NCBI GenBank assembly: GCA_964016885.1
Contig: OZ024764.1
Coordinates: forward strand, 2,170,001 to 2,234,000
Origin: Eledone cirrhosa
Taxonomy: Eukaryota
Direction of reading: 5' to 3'
DNA: 64,000 nucleotides
Every line of letters begins with the position of its first letter. The first letter of the stretch is position 1. Below are positions 13,301 to 27,887 of the stretch, piece by piece. Made by a program: the position numbers and the translations under genes. The notes under the pieces were generated by a model. The model was not told where the DNA came from. It saw only the letters and a list, made by a program, of their open reading frames with translations, and made no database searches.

Positions 13301-13890
13301 AGCAATAATTATGTAGTCACTGTCGGATATTTGGGAGGTAGTGAGCATCAATGTCTCATAGAACCTGCCTTTTATAACTTCAGGTAGGCCAGATTGGGGT
13401 GCATAAGCGGATATAATTGATATAGTAGTTCTATTTAGGACTAGTATTATTTTAATTATTCACTCTATTCACTCTATTTACGGCAATTATCTTATCTACC
13501 CATTTTTCTGCTAACATAATTCCTACACCACCCAGCCCGTTGTCATTTCCCACCCAGAAAAGTTTATAGCATCGTTTTTTTTACCCACAATGAATCTAGC
13601 AGACCCACCCCTCCACCTAGTCTCTTGAACACAACAAACATCAACCTCCTTACGTTGAAGCATCTCTACAACCTCGTTTGAGCGACCTTTCAAAGTGCCT
13701 ACATTCATGGTACCAACTCTGAGGTTTTGGGTTTCGTTGGGCGGGTGGAAGGGATGGGTTGGAGGCGCAGGGAGAGGTGTGGGAGATGGAATTATGTTGG
13801 TCATCTGTGTCTGAAATAAAGAGGGGTCCTTGCATTCTCGTCCTGCAGCAGGAGGTGAATTTATCTTTATCTTTGACATTGTCATTGAGT
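10343..13890 (-). mobile_element. Near full-length degenerate RTE-clade LINE (APE endonuclease + reverse transcriptase)
   Basis: GTMNVGTLKG...CVQETRWRG, AGDLNGHVG, SQIDYIL, QFGFVSGKSTTDA, AFVDLEKAF, LLYADDL, RRLRWYGHV; (GAT)n tail; many stops and frameshifts. Confidence 0.96.
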
Positions 13891-13927
13891 GTTCAGATTG
13901 TTCAGACTCTCCAAATTCTGTAGTCTA

Positions 13928-13963
<36 letters not shown>

Positions 13964-14214
13964 TACCAGTGCATATATATATATAGGAACGATCGGCTTT
14001 CGTCAAATCGGACCGAGGGAACAATGTTTCCGTTGGTCTTTCCTATTGCTAATACTATCTATCGGTCGCAACTCCAGGTAGAAGGAGCAACGTGAAATAA
14101 AGTGTCTTGCTCAAGGACATAACGCATATATGAAGCACATGGCTTAGTGGTTAGAGCATTGGGCTTGCAATCGAAAGGTTGTGAGTTCAATTCTAAGATT
14201 GCGTGATGTGGTAA

Positions 14215-15170
14215 AAAATTCATTGTACAAACTTATGATGGAGCGAGTGCAAGCAAGAATAAAGGAGATTTTTGGTTCAACGTCATCTTTGTTCATTGTT
14301 ATGCACATTCACTTAATTTGGTACTATCTCAATCAGTTTCAAGTATTCGTGAATGTCGAATTTTCTTTCAAACTTTAAAAGGAATTTCATCTTTTTTTAC
14401 TAAATCAACAATTCGAATAGCTCTTTTGGATGAAATCGTTGGAAGGCAATTTCTAAAATTACCTGAGACACGTTGGAATTATTCATCTCGACAGGTATCT
14501 ATTTTATCCAATAAAATTACTATGTTTTCTGACCTATTTTCAACAATATTAGAAACTCCAGACGATTGGAATGCTTCAGAATTAGCAGAGGCGAGAGGGT
14601 TTGTTGCAATCCTCGAAGATTTTCAATTTAGATTTCTGTTAGTAGTTTTTGAAACCATATTGGAGGCACATGGCTTAGTGGTTAGAGCATTGGTCTTGCA
14701 ATTGAAAGGTTGTGAGTTCAATTCTCAGACCGGGTGATGTGTTGTTTCCTTGAGCAAGACACTTTATTTCACTTTGCTCCAGTTTACTCAGCTGTAGAAA
14801 TGAGATGATAGGGACTGGGGTCCCTATCATTCCACTGTAAAGTGGTCATGGAGGCGCCACGGCAAAAAAAGCACCCAGCACTCACTGTAAATGAGGTTGG
14901 TGTTAGGAAGGGCATCCAGCTGTAGAAATCAAGCCAGAATCAGTTCCCGTTCCACCCTTGCAAGCAGGGAAAAAGCGGACGTAAAATGAAATGATGATGA
15001 TGATGATGATATTGTGTGGGTCAGAAATTCTCTTTTCGATTCTTCAAAAAAGTTCACTTGATATTTCGAGGTGCATTCACGAGGTGGAAAACTACCAAAA
15101 ACAATTAGTTAATATCAAGAACAACAAATTTGAGGAATTTTACTGCCGGGTTCTGGATGATGTTGCTGAT
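14215..15170 (+). pseudogene. hAT-superfamily transposase fragment, split by a SINE
   Basis: FVHCYAHSLNLVLSQS...FFQTLKGISSFF...LPETRWN; transposase-like sequence resumes after 15010 (ILFSILQKSSLDI). Confidence 0.85.
14662..15010 (+). mobile_element. tRNA-derived SINE with CORE-like centre and RTE-derived 3' tail
   Basis: A box TGGCTTAGTGG, B box GAGTTCAATTC, CCTTGAGCAAGACACTT, 3' end shared with the RTE, (GAT)n tail, ATATTG target duplication. Confidence 0.92.
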
Positions 15171-15299
15171 TGATTTGCTGTACAAATATAGAATCGTAAT
15201 ATATATGTCACTCCACTGTACATCAATATATATATATATATGTATCTGTATGTCTCTTGCGTTGGAAAGGAGGTCAATCATGTGTACAAGCATTGAAAA

Positions 15300-15348
15300 A
15301 TGGTCCGAAGACTCCAAGCCTAGGTTTGGATGAAACAATTGTAAGTGG
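15300..15348 (+). ncRNA. Degenerate hammerhead-like motif
   Basis: CCGAAGA (core mutated)-c TCCAAGC ctag GTTTGGA t-GAAA-CAATT-GTA; palindromic ACAATTGT; proximal helix I poor. Confidence 0.45.
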
Positions 15349-15682
15349 ATAAATGCTTTGAACATAGCTTTGATTCTTGTGAATTCTATATAACTGCTCT
15401 GTAGAACAACTGATGTTATTACATTGAGCTATTTATCTTACTGGTAATAAGGTAGTAATAAATTACTGTCTTTCACTGTTTAGGGTTTAAAATATACTTA
15501 ACTATAAATAGTATCCTTAATACATATATATATCATCATCATCATCGTTTAACGTCCGTGTTCCATGCTTGCATGGGTTTGGACGGAGGGTTTTCCCACT
15601 TGAGGCAAGAGTGGTTATCTTGCTCGCATAGGACTGTCTGGCGGGTTTTCTACAGCTGGATGCCCTTCCTAACACCAACCAC

Positions 15683-16860
<1,178 letters not shown>

Positions 16861-17084
16861 TTAGTTGGTCTTGAAATCAGGGGTTACTCAGTGTATATAG
16901 GAGGTGAGGTCACTCTAAATATGTTACCAAGTAAAAACTAAGTGGTTTTTAAGGGAGACACGAAAATAACAAAAACAATTGTTTCGACTATAGGCACAAC
17001 GCCAGCAATTTGAAGGGGAGGGGAAGTCGATTAAATTGACCCCGATGTATTACTGGTATTTTATATTATCAACCCCGTACTGAT

Positions 17085-18197
17085 CATCATCATCGTTTAA
17101 TGTCTATCTTCCACGCTAGCATGGGTTACACGGGAGTTGTCCCTCTTGAGGCAAGGTTGGTCGGGTGACCGTGTCTCGCTCGTATAGGACTATCTGACAG
17201 GTTTTCTACGGCTGGATGCCCTTCCTAACAACAACCATATTTACAGTGTGGACTGGGAGGTTTTTACCGTGTTACCTACACGGCCACATTACAGCGTGGA
17301 CTGTGTTTTTTTGTTGTGACACCTACACGGCCACATTACAGCGTGGACTGTCTTTTTTTGTTGTGACACCTACACAACCACATTACAGCGTGGACTGTGT
17401 GTTTTTTGTCATGACACCTACACGGCCACATTACAGCGTGGACTGTGTTTTTTTGTTGTGACACCTACACGGCCACATTACAGCGTGGACTGTCTTTTTT
17501 TGTTGTGACACCTACACAACCACATTACAGCGTGGACTGTGTGTTTTTTGTCATGACACCTACACGGCCACATTACAGCGTGGACTGTGTTTTTTTGTTG
17601 TGACACCTACACGGCCACATTACAGCGTGGACTGTCTTTTTTTGTTGTGACACCTACACAACCACATTACAGCGTGGACTGTGTGTTTTTTGTCATGACA
17701 CCTACACGGCCACATTACAGCGTGGACTGTGTTTTTTTGTTGTGACACCTACACGGCCACATTACAGCGTGGACTGTCTTTTTTTGTTGTGACACCTACA
17801 CAACCACATTACAGCGTGGACTGTGTGTTTTTTGTCATGACACCTACACGGCCACATTACAGCGTGGACTGTGTGTTTTTGTCGTGTTACCTACACAGCC
17901 ACATAACAGTGTGGTCTGTGTATTTCTTTTTGTCGTGACACCTACATGATCTCGATCTCATTATCTCATTTATTTAGGACTGGATGTTGTGGTACCAACT
18001 TTACAGAGAGAGGGTGGTGTGGGTGGGAGAGGGGTAGTTGGGGTAGTGGGTTGGGGTGTATATTTGGTTAAGAGGTGCCTACTGACTGTAGGTTTCGCTT
18101 TGTACTTAGGCAAGGCGGGTCTCCTGTATTACTGCGTAGCGCCAAAGCTCTCGGTCCAGCGACATTGTCCTGGAGAGGTGTAAATGTGCAAGGTCCG
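17085..18197 (-). mobile_element. RTE 3' fragment with tandem expansion of a ~45-bp 3'UTR unit (17265-17945)
   Basis: Matches the RTE 3'UTR; unit GACACCTACACGGCCACATTACAGCGTGGACTGT repeats with a 3-unit higher-order period. Confidence 0.9.
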
Positions 18198-18369
18198 ATT
18201 TTCTCATGTCATTCTAGCTTTCATAACAATGAAAATTATTGTGTACAGTGCTCAGGTGCACTACACTCATCAAAGGTGCATGTATAGTACATAGAATAAT
18301 GTATAAATGTCAGGAAAGTAAACAGTATACAAGTCATGATATACACACACACACACACACACACATATA

Positions 18370-18768
18370 TCTCTTCTTCTTCTTCACCCAATTATTCCTT
18401 AGAGAGTCGTGGGGCAGAGTCCTCAAACTTTCCCTCCAGCAGCTCCTCTCAGAAGCAATCGTCTCGAACTGGATCCCCAACCATGTTATCCAATCATCTT
18501 ACTCAAGGTCTACCCCTGTGTCTCCTGCCGGTTGGTTTTTGCCCATTAAATCTGCCCAGCAATTCTTTCCTCAAACATTCTAACCACATGATTGTAGTAT
18601 CAGAGCTGTGGTCTCTCAGTTCAGAGATTCTTTCCTGAGACATTCTAACCACATGTCTGTAGTATCAGAGCTGTGGTCTCTCAATTCAGAGATTCTTTCC
18701 TCAGACATTCTAACCACATGTCTGTAGTATCAGAGCTGTGATCTCTCAATTCAGAGATTCTTTCCTGA
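18370..18768 (-). mobile_element. RTE-like 3' fragment with three copies of the same 65-bp unit seen at 9.05-9.93 kb
   Basis: Reverse-complement match to 9054-10085. Confidence 0.8.
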
Positions 18769-18769
18769 G

Positions 18770-19095
18770 CCTCATCCTCAGTGTATACTGATTAATGTTC
18801 AGAGCCATCCTCAGCATTCTCGTGTAGCACCCATCCACCATCTGAGTGAGTTTCTTGGTCAGTGTCCAAGTCTCAGACCCGTACAGCAGCACAGACTCCA
18901 GTACAGCAATGAAGAGGCGGATTTTCAGGTCTTCACGAAGGTCCGACTTCCACACCGATCTCAAGCTGTGGCACGCCGCCCAGGCTTTGCTCTTCCTCTC
19001 AACCACATCATCTTCCATATTCCCAATCTCTGCTCCCAAATACAGGAAGTCCTCGACCAATTCTAGCGGCTTCCCACCTACATTCTCTACCAGTG
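18770..19095 (-). mobile_element. RTE-group LINE RT C-terminal fragment (distinct family)
   Basis: VEDFLYLG...KIRLFIAVLESVLLYGSETWTLT...YTRMLRMALN. Confidence 0.88.
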
Positions 19096-19854
19096 GGAGC
19101 CCCTACATGGACACACTGGAAGAGGAAGACCAAGGTTAACGTATGTTGATACCCTAAGGACAGACACTGGTCATGGCAGCGATAATGAGGGACAGAGGAC
19201 ATGGCAGCGATAATGAGGGACAGAGACTGCTGGAGAGAACTCGTCCATGGATCTCGGGAATTTTACCCGCCCTAAAATAGAATATATAGATTTCCCCTAT
19301 TTTTTTCATAAGTAGGTACCTACACATGAGAGCTGACGTAGGTTAATTCTGTCCACTTGTTTTGTGTCTTTCTCTTTCATGTTTCAAGATCAATAGAGCC
19401 CCGCATCCCCCATGTTTCGTTCCCAGGGAAGAAAAGAAGGGTTTACAGAAAAGATCTCAATATTTGTTTATATCAACTTAGCTGCTACTTTATCTAAGAG
19501 TCACCTGTTTAATGACTCACAAGGATATTGTGCTGCCCTCGCCCACACCTGAACCCCTTCTCTACTTCAATCCCCTTCTCCCCCTCTCATCTCCACTCTA
19601 ACCCCCTCCCCCACTTCAATCCTTTCTCCCCCCCCCCCACCTCTTGTATGTGAGGTGTGAGGTGGGGGTCTCCCCTCACCCCCTCCTTTCTGAGTGGTAA
19701 TGGAGTGTAGTCTGAGGGAGTTTTAGCTGTTATTCCTAACAACCAGGTAGAGGACTCTCACATCAGCTCATGCATGAATACAAAAGGTTGGAATTTGAGG
19801 GAGAATTGGCTGCTATTCCTATCATGTCTAGCTTCCATTTATATACACACACAC

Positions 19855-19968
<114 letters not shown>

Positions 19969-20031
19969 ATGTGTGTATATATATATATATATGTGTGTAT
20001 GTGTATATATATATATATATATATGTGTGTG

Positions 20032-20086
<55 letters not shown>

Positions 20087-20211
20087 GTGTATATATATAT
20101 GTATATATGTAAGTATATATATGTATATATATATATATATGTATATATGTATATATATATGTGTATATATATGTGTATATATATATATATATGTGTGTGT
20201 ATATATGTATG

Positions 20212-20258
<47 letters not shown>

Positions 20259-20445
20259 ATATATATATGTATATATGTATATATGTATATATGTATATAT
20301 ATATATGTGTATATATATATATGTGTGTGTATATATATATATGTGTGTATATATATATATGTGTATATATATATATATACATATATATATAGGTGTATAT
20401 ATATATGTGTATGTATATATATATATTTATATATATATATGTATA

Positions 20446-21050
20446 CTAGCAGTGGTACCCGGCGTTGCACGGGATAAGGTATTATGGAACGCGGGCCGCC
20501 AACAGACCTAATCGTGGAAAAACTGCATGCCTGGACAATATGTAAAGAAAATAAACCAAATACTCTGATGGCTGGATAATCTTTAAGATTTTCCTCGATG
20601 GAGCAGGAAAAAGGCAGGTTTTCACCTAATGCGGGCCCTAGGGGATCAAGAAAATGAATTTTTTTTTGTGCATAATATGCCTTGAAATTTCGGGAAAATT
20701 GGCTAGACGTAACGTCTCAAAAAAGCCCTAAAAAGCTGAAAGAAATGAAGTTTTTCTCCTAATGCGGGCCCTAGGCCATAAAAAAGTTGGGTTTTCTTTG
20801 CTCACGGTATGAAGAAGAGACTGACTAATACATAGTTACAATTTCAAGGAAATCGGTCTGACGTAACGCCTAAAAAAACGCAGTTTTTCACCTAATGCGG
20901 GTCCTAGGGGATCAAAAAGTTGAATTTTTTATGTGCATAAAACTCCCTGAAATATAAACATGTAAAGTTTGAAAAAGATCGGTTGGGTACTTCTCAGGTT
21001 TGACAAAGACACACACACACACATTCATACATCCTTCCTCATTTATTTAT
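20446..21050 (-). mobile_element. Non-autonomous Helitron-like element
   Basis: Minus-strand 3' end: hairpin CCCG tgcaacgc CGGG, then CTAG|T; three internal CCTAATGCGGG(C/T)CCTAGG repeats. Confidence 0.65.
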
Positions 21051-21480
21051 ATATATATATATATATATATTAAAATAACAGATTAAAGTTTAGCCAAAGA
21101 ATCGTTGCTTTCACCCTTAACGGGATCTTCTGAAACTAAAAACATCAATCTGTGAACGCAGAAGTAAATATTTTAAAAAACGTTGCAACCGAAGGAAAAC
21201 AGGAAGACGATACTTTGGTTCGTGAAGACGTTCCCTGGCAATGGACGAATGTCGTAATGCAGACAGCCAGGCATACAGACAGATATTATAAGAGCACGAC
21301 AGAGATGGATAACCGGCACCTAACCCCCCTTTAACAACAGAAAATTGAAACAAAAAAGCGGCACTTAATATCTTTACACCGCAAGTAATATATAAATGCA
21401 AGTTTGAAGTCAATCGGAGTAGAAATGTGGATTTGTATATACTTTGTAAAAATGAGGACACACACACACAGACAACATCA

Positions 21481-21541
<61 letters not shown>

Positions 21542-21663
21542 CGAAGGAAATGTGGTAAGGAACCAGGTGGACCATAACGCACCAAAGTACTCAATACTTA
21601 GGGTAGTAGAGTGGTTAATAGGAACGAGTCGGAGTCCTACTCGTTCCTATATATATATATATA

Positions 21664-22960
21664 TCATCATCATCTTCGTTTAATGTCCATTTTCCACGCT
21701 AGCTTGAGTTAGACGGGAGTTGTCCCAATTTGAGTCGAGGTTGGTCGGGTGACCGTGTCTCGCTCATATAGCACTATCTGGCAGGTTTTCTACGGCTGGA
21801 TGCCCTTCCTAACACCAACCACATTTACAGTGTGGAACTGGGAACTTTTTACCGTGTTACCTACACGGCCACATTACAGCGTGGACTGTGTGTTTTTTGT
21901 CATGACACCTACACAATCTCGATCTCATTATCTCATTTATTTGGACTGGATGTTGTGGTATCAACTTTACAGAGAGAGGGTGGTGTTGGTGGGAGTGGGA
22001 GGATAGGGTAGGGGGAGTGGATTGTGGTGTATATTTGGTTAAGAGGTGCCTACTGACTGTAGGTTTTGCTTTGTACATAGGCAAGGCGGGTCTTCTGTAT
22101 TATTGCGTAGCGCCAAAGATCTCGGTCCAGTGACATTGTCTTAGAGAGGTGCAAGTGTGTAAGGTCGGAATTTATTAGATCATCGCAGGTTTTTCTGGGT
22201 CTGCCTACTCCGTAGCTTCCATCAATTTTGATCACCCTGCACTTTCTTTATACAGCTGTCGTCTTTCATGCGCATCACGTGACCATACCAACGTAGTCTT
22301 CTCTCGAGTAAACAGCATCTGATCCCTCTTATTCCTAATTTCTCACTTAGTTCATTTATGCTTTGCTGTTCACGTATATTACTATTACACATCCAACGGA
22401 GCATGCAAGCTTTGTTCCTCTCCAGTCTGCGCAGATCCTCTGCACACAATGCCTTTCATTTTTAGGGAGAAACCTTTAGCGGCCAATAGTGGTATAAGCT
22501 CTCTGAACTTTTTCCATCCCGTTCTGACTCTGGCTACTGTACTTTCAGAGCACCCTCCACCACTGCTGATTTTGTCACCCAGTTAACGGAAGGTGTCCAC
22601 TATTTCTATAGAACCATCTGTGCAATGGAAGGAGCTAGTATCCTGTGGGTACTTGCTACCACTTATTGCACCTGAGCACCAAACACATATAAAATCTATG
22701 TTCTTAGTTAGTTTACTTGTGATCCCACTACATCTTTTATGCACCCATACTTTGCATTTGGGAGATAAAATGGAGTTTCTGCCTACTCCATTCCTACACA
22801 CCAAGCATGGCCATTTCCCAGAGGGGACCAGTGCCCTATTTTCCTTCCTACATACTAGAACTTTAGTTTTAGACAAGTTAACTTTAAGGCGTTTTGATTC
22901 TAGGCCATGCTTCCAAGTTTGGAATTTCTTCTCTAGTTCAGCCATTAATTCAGCTATGAC
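21664..22960 (-). mobile_element. RTE LINE 3' fragment
   Basis: Same family as 10.3-13.9 kb; PHD-like Cys/His cluster and C-terminal motifs. Confidence 0.92.
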
Positions 22961-23627
22961 AGTAGGGTGTGATTTGAGGGAGTTTGGCTGCTATTTCTAC
23001 CAGGTCTAGCTACCATGTAGAGGTCTCCTTCATACATAAGACAGTAGGGTGTGATTTGAGGGAGAGTTGGCTGTTGGTGATCTTGAAGGTGGCAGCAGTG
23101 TGTGAGTGTGGTGGTGGGGAGGGTTTATACTATTGCTTCTGATGATGATGGTGGTGGTGGTGGCGATGGTGATGATGCTGGTGACTACTAAAACTACTAC
23201 TTGACTGAAAGAGAGAGAGGGGGGGGGGTGCGAGCATGTGTGAGTGAGTCCCTGAGTGGAGGAGGGAGTGGAGTGTAGCTCTCAACACGTCGTGGGAAAA
23301 GAATTCAAGACAAATTCTCATCTCTCCTTCATCTACTCTCACTAGCATCTCTCTCTCCTTCCCTCTCTATCTCTCTCTCCCTCTCTCTCTCCCTAACAAT
23401 CTCTCTCTCTCTATCTCCCTCTCTATCTCTCTCTCCCTATCAATCTCACTCTCTCTATCTCCCTCTCCCTATCTCCCTATCAATCTCTCTCTATTTTATT
23501 AATACTTATATTTTAATATTAATAACTCCAGAAAATTATTTTTCCGTTGAGTGCTTCCAATCTACTGTAAAACTCATTCTTTGACATAATCATTGAATAT
23601 TGTTCAACAATTTAATATATATATATA

Positions 23628-24020
23628 TCATCATCATCATCATCATCATTTTACATCCACTTTTCCCTGCTTGCAAGGGTGGGACAGGAACTGATTCTGG
23701 CTTGATTTCTACAGCTGGATGCCCTTCCTAACACCAACCTCATTTACAGTGAGTGCTGGGTGCTTTTTTGCCATGGCACCTCCACAACCACTTTACAGTG
23801 AGTGCTGGGTGCTTTTTTGCCGTGGCACCTCCACGACCACTTTGCAGTGGAATGATAGGGACCCTAGTCCCTATCATCTCATTTCTACAACTGAGTAAAC
23901 TGGAGCAATGTGAAATAAAGTGTCTTGCTCAAGGAAACAACACATCACCCGGTCTGAGAATTGAACTCACAACCTTTTGATTGCAAGGCCAATGCTCTAA
24001 CCACTAAGCCATGTGCCTCC
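23628..24020 (-). mobile_element. tRNA/CORE-like/RTE-tail SINE copy
   Basis: Reverse complement of 14662-15010. Confidence 0.92.
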
Positions 24021-24273
24021 ATATATATCCCTCCCGCTCTCTCTCTCTCTATATATATATACACACACAAATATATATATATATATATATTTGTGTATAG
24101 TGGTAGCTATGGTGCTTCCATAGGAGGTATGCCAAAATTAGCACTTGATATTCCTCAGAGTAGAGTGTAGATATTATCAAGAAAACGAAAAATCAGTGAT
24201 GCATCTGGACTTAGTTTATTTCGTGTTACAAATGTTTCACCGGCATGTAGCTCGAGTCATGGTCCTTGTATGG

Positions 24274-25179
24274 ATCTGGCTGATTCTACTTCTGCGGGTT
24301 CTTTCAGACACGTCTGTTATGTCCGGAGCAAATTTTATCACTGGGGTGTTGTCATCAAAACAACCCCTCAAAAAAACCTTCTGTCCACTCTTGTCATGCC
24401 ATTGGCTGTTTTTACTCCGCGTCATCACAAGTACTGGTCAATATCTGCTGCCACACAGTTCATCAACTATTTTCCGTCCGACATATTTCAATGGAGTCAT
24501 GCTGGGTTCAGTACTTCACACGTCTGCTCACACTTCAGGGTAAGCACCCACACATACTAGAATAAACAGTGTGAGCAGATGTGTGAAGTACTGAACCCAG
24601 CATGACTCCATTGAAATATCACCATCATCATTTCATTTTACGTCCGCTTTTCCCTGCTTGCAAGGGTGGGACGGGAACTGATTCTGGCTTGATTTCTACA
24701 GCTGGATGCCCTTCCTAACACCAACCTCATTTACAGTGAGTGCTGGGTGCTTTTTTTTGCCGTGGCACCTCCACGACCACTTTGCAGTGGAATGATAGGG
24801 ATCCCAGTCCTATCATCTCATTTCTACAGCTGAGTAAACTGGAGCAATGTGAAATAAAGTGTCTTGCTCAAGGAAACAACACATCACCCAGTCTGAGACT
24901 TGAACTCACAACCTTTCGATTGCAAGCCCAATGCTCTAACCACTAAGCCATGTGCCTCCATGTCGAAATATGTCGGACAGAAAATAGTTGATGAACCGTG
25001 TGGCAGCAGATACTGACCAGAACTTGTGATGACATGGAGTAAAAACAGCTAATGGCATGACAAGAGTGGAAAGAGGGTTTTTTGAGGGGTTGTTTTGATG
25101 ACAACACCCCAGTGATAAAATTTGCTCTGGACATAACAGACGTGTCTGAGAGAACCCGCAGAAGTAGAATCAGCCAGAT
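24274..25179. repeat. Fold-back inverted duplication (~260-bp arms) with a SINE inserted in the right arm (about 24620-24960, minus strand)
   Basis: Arms are diverged reverse complements; the insert matches the SINE family. Confidence 0.9.
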
Positions 25180-25204
25180 TATATTTTTATATATATATAT
25201 ATAC

Positions 25205-25643
25205 GGGGAGACCCAAGATGACTTGGGATGAGGTGATAAAAGCCGACCTTACCCAACTACACCTCTCAAAGTCAATGACACACGACCGTGACTTCTGGCG
25301 TCACGCAGTAATACAGGGTACCCGACCTCCCATGGGTACATGCTGAAGCATATAAACAATAATATGCCCCCCCCCCCCCCCGCAAGGTGGTCGTGGAGGT
25401 GCCACGGCAAAAAAAAAGCACCCAGCCCACACTGTAAAGTGGACGTGTAGGCGCCACGAAAAAGCACCCAGCACTCACTGTAAATGAGGTTGGTGTTAGG
25501 AAGGGCATCCAGCTGTAGAAATCAAGCCAGATCAGTTCCTGTATGAGCAAGGCATGGTCAGCCGACCAGACACTGCCCACAACAGGACAACCCGTCTAAC
25601 CCATGCTAGCGTGGAAGAACGGACGTAAAACGGTGATGATGAT
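25205..25643 (+). mobile_element. RTE 3' fragment
   Basis: Matches the 3' end of the 36.2-38.4 kb subfamily. Confidence 0.88.
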
Positions 25644-25813
25644 ACGATATATTAACAAATGGAAACTATATTTATAAAACCATATCTATTTCATTATACA
25701 TATTTCAAGGACACCAAATTAAATTATGGTGTGCTTTCATCAGAGAAAATATAATATAGATCAGTTTTATAAGGGTATGTCAATATTTATTTATAAAACT
25801 GATCTATATTATA

Positions 25814-25874
25814 TTTTATCTGATGAAAGCACACCATAATTTAACTTGGTGTCCTTGAAATATGTATAATGAAA
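25814..25874 (+). ncRNA. Type I hammerhead ribozyme; mirror copy at 25689-25749 (-)
   Basis: TTTTAT-CTGATGA-AAGcACACCA..TGGTGTcCTT-GAAA-TATGT-ATA-ATGAAA. Confidence 0.75.
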
Positions 25875-26017
25875 TAAATATGGTTTTATAAATATAGTTT
25901 CCATTTGTTAATATCGTATGTTTACTCCAAATACTTGTTGAGTGCTTTATATCAGTTATAAAAATATTTGCTTGTTGTATCACAACAATTTAAATAGAAC
26001 TTTTGCATATATATATG

Positions 26018-26367
26018 AGCGCCTCTTTGATCTCCATGTGTCTAACACACGTGGACATGCCTACAAAATCAGAAAACAGCACAGCTCCCATGACTTTCGT
26101 AGACATTTTTTCACGCTCAGAGTTGCTGAAGCATGGAACAAACTCCCTGCGTCAGTTGTTAGCTGCCGAGACACTGCATCCTTTAAGACACTCATGCTTC
26201 CCGAAATACGCCAAAACTACACCTGATGTACCCCTTCCATACACATGCACACATGTGTGTACCATGACTCATGCACTGTTCATTTTCCTGATGTTTGTAC
26301 ATTACCCTATGTACTATACATACACTTTTGATGAGTTGTGGTGCACCTGGGCACTGTACACAATATT

Positions 26368-26390
<23 letters not shown>
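26018..26390 (+). mobile_element. CR1/L2-group LINE 3' end
   Basis: NTRGHAYKI...RRHFFTLRVAEAWNKLPASVV...SFK followed by a (TTA)n tail. Confidence 0.85.
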
Positions 26391-26399
<9 letters not shown>

Positions 26400-26831
26400 T
26401 ATAGATTAGAGCAAACATCACGGGCGCTCTATCTCAAAATTATTTTTGAAAAGCATTAGAAATGCGCAACCGGTAAAACTTAAAACCAAAACTGAATACT
26501 AACCAATACTATTACTAATTTTCACTTATTCCTCATTCAACTATTTTTCACTGGGAACAATTTGTCAGCATTTTCTTTTCCTTTTACCAATATATATATA
26601 TCATCATCGTTTAACGTCCCTGTTCCTCGCTTGCATGGGTTTGGACGGGGGTTTTCCCACTTGAGGCAAGAGTGGTTGTCTTGCTCGCATAGGACTGTCT
26701 GGCGGGTTTTCTACAGCTGGATGCCCTTCCTAACACCAACCACATTTACAGTGTGGGGCTGGGAGGTTTTTACCGTGTTACCTACACGGCCACATTACAG
26801 CGTGGACTGTCTGGCGGGTTTTCTACAGCTG

Positions 26832-26878
<47 letters not shown>

Positions 26879-27087
26879 AAAGTAAAAAACAACAACACAG
26901 GAGTACAAGTTACAAAAGGTATTAGTTTCACGCTTAGTGAGAGTGGGAGTGTGGGTGCGATGTTTTGGACATAATCCTTTCATCAGGAGATATATATATC
27001 CCTTTATATCTAGCTATCTCCTTCTATCTCTCTCTCTCCTCTTCTTTATATATCTATCTATCTCTGTGTCTATCATCTCTCTCCCAC

Positions 27088-27644
27088 CACCATAGACCCT
27101 CTCTCTCTTTCTCTCTCTCTCTCTACCATAGACGCTCTCTCTCTCTACCATAGACCCTCTCTCTCTACCATAGACCCTCTCTCTTTCTCTCTACCATAGA
27201 CGCGCTCTCTCTCTACCATAGACCCTCTCTCTTTCTCTCTACCATAGACTCTCTCTCTTTCTCTCTACCATAGACGCTCTCTCTCTCTACCATAGACCCT
27301 CTCTCTCTCTACCATAGACCCTCTCTCTTTCTCTCTACCATAGACTCTCTCTCTCTCTCTCTACCATAGACCCTCTCTCTCTCTACCATAGACCCTCTCT
27401 CTCTACCATAGACCCTCTCTCTTTCTCTCTACCATAGACCCTCTCTCTCTACCATAGACTCTCTCTCTGTCTTTCTCTCTCTACCATAGACCCTCTCTCT
27501 CTCTACCATAGACCCTCTCTCTTTCTCTCTACCATAGACGCTCTCTCTTTCTCTCTCTACCATAGACTCTCTCTCTCTCTACCATAGACCCTCTCTCTTT
27601 CTCTCTCTCTACCATAGACTCTCTTTCTCTCTCTCTACCATAGA

Positions 27645-27676
<32 letters not shown>

Positions 27677-27872
27677 ACCATAGACCCTCTCTCTTTCTCT
27701 CTCTCTACCATAGACCCTCTCTCTTTCTCTCTCTCTACCATAGACTCTCTTTCTCTCTCTCTACCATAGACCCTCTCTCTCTTTCTACCATAGACTCTCT
27801 CTTTCTCTACCATACACCCCCTCTCTCTCTCTTTCTCTCTCTCTACCATAGTCCCTCTTTCTCTCTCTCTCT
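27088..27872. repeat. (CT)n-ACCATAGAC compound minisatellite
   Basis: ACCATAGAC repeated with variable CT spacers. Confidence 0.95.
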
Positions 27873-27887
27873 ACATATCTATCTATA

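Noticed and set aside
24475-24545. Possible minus-strand hammerhead at the centre of the 24.3-25.2 kb fold-back
   Set aside because: Core reads CUGAAGU and helices I and II pair poorly; too degenerate to call
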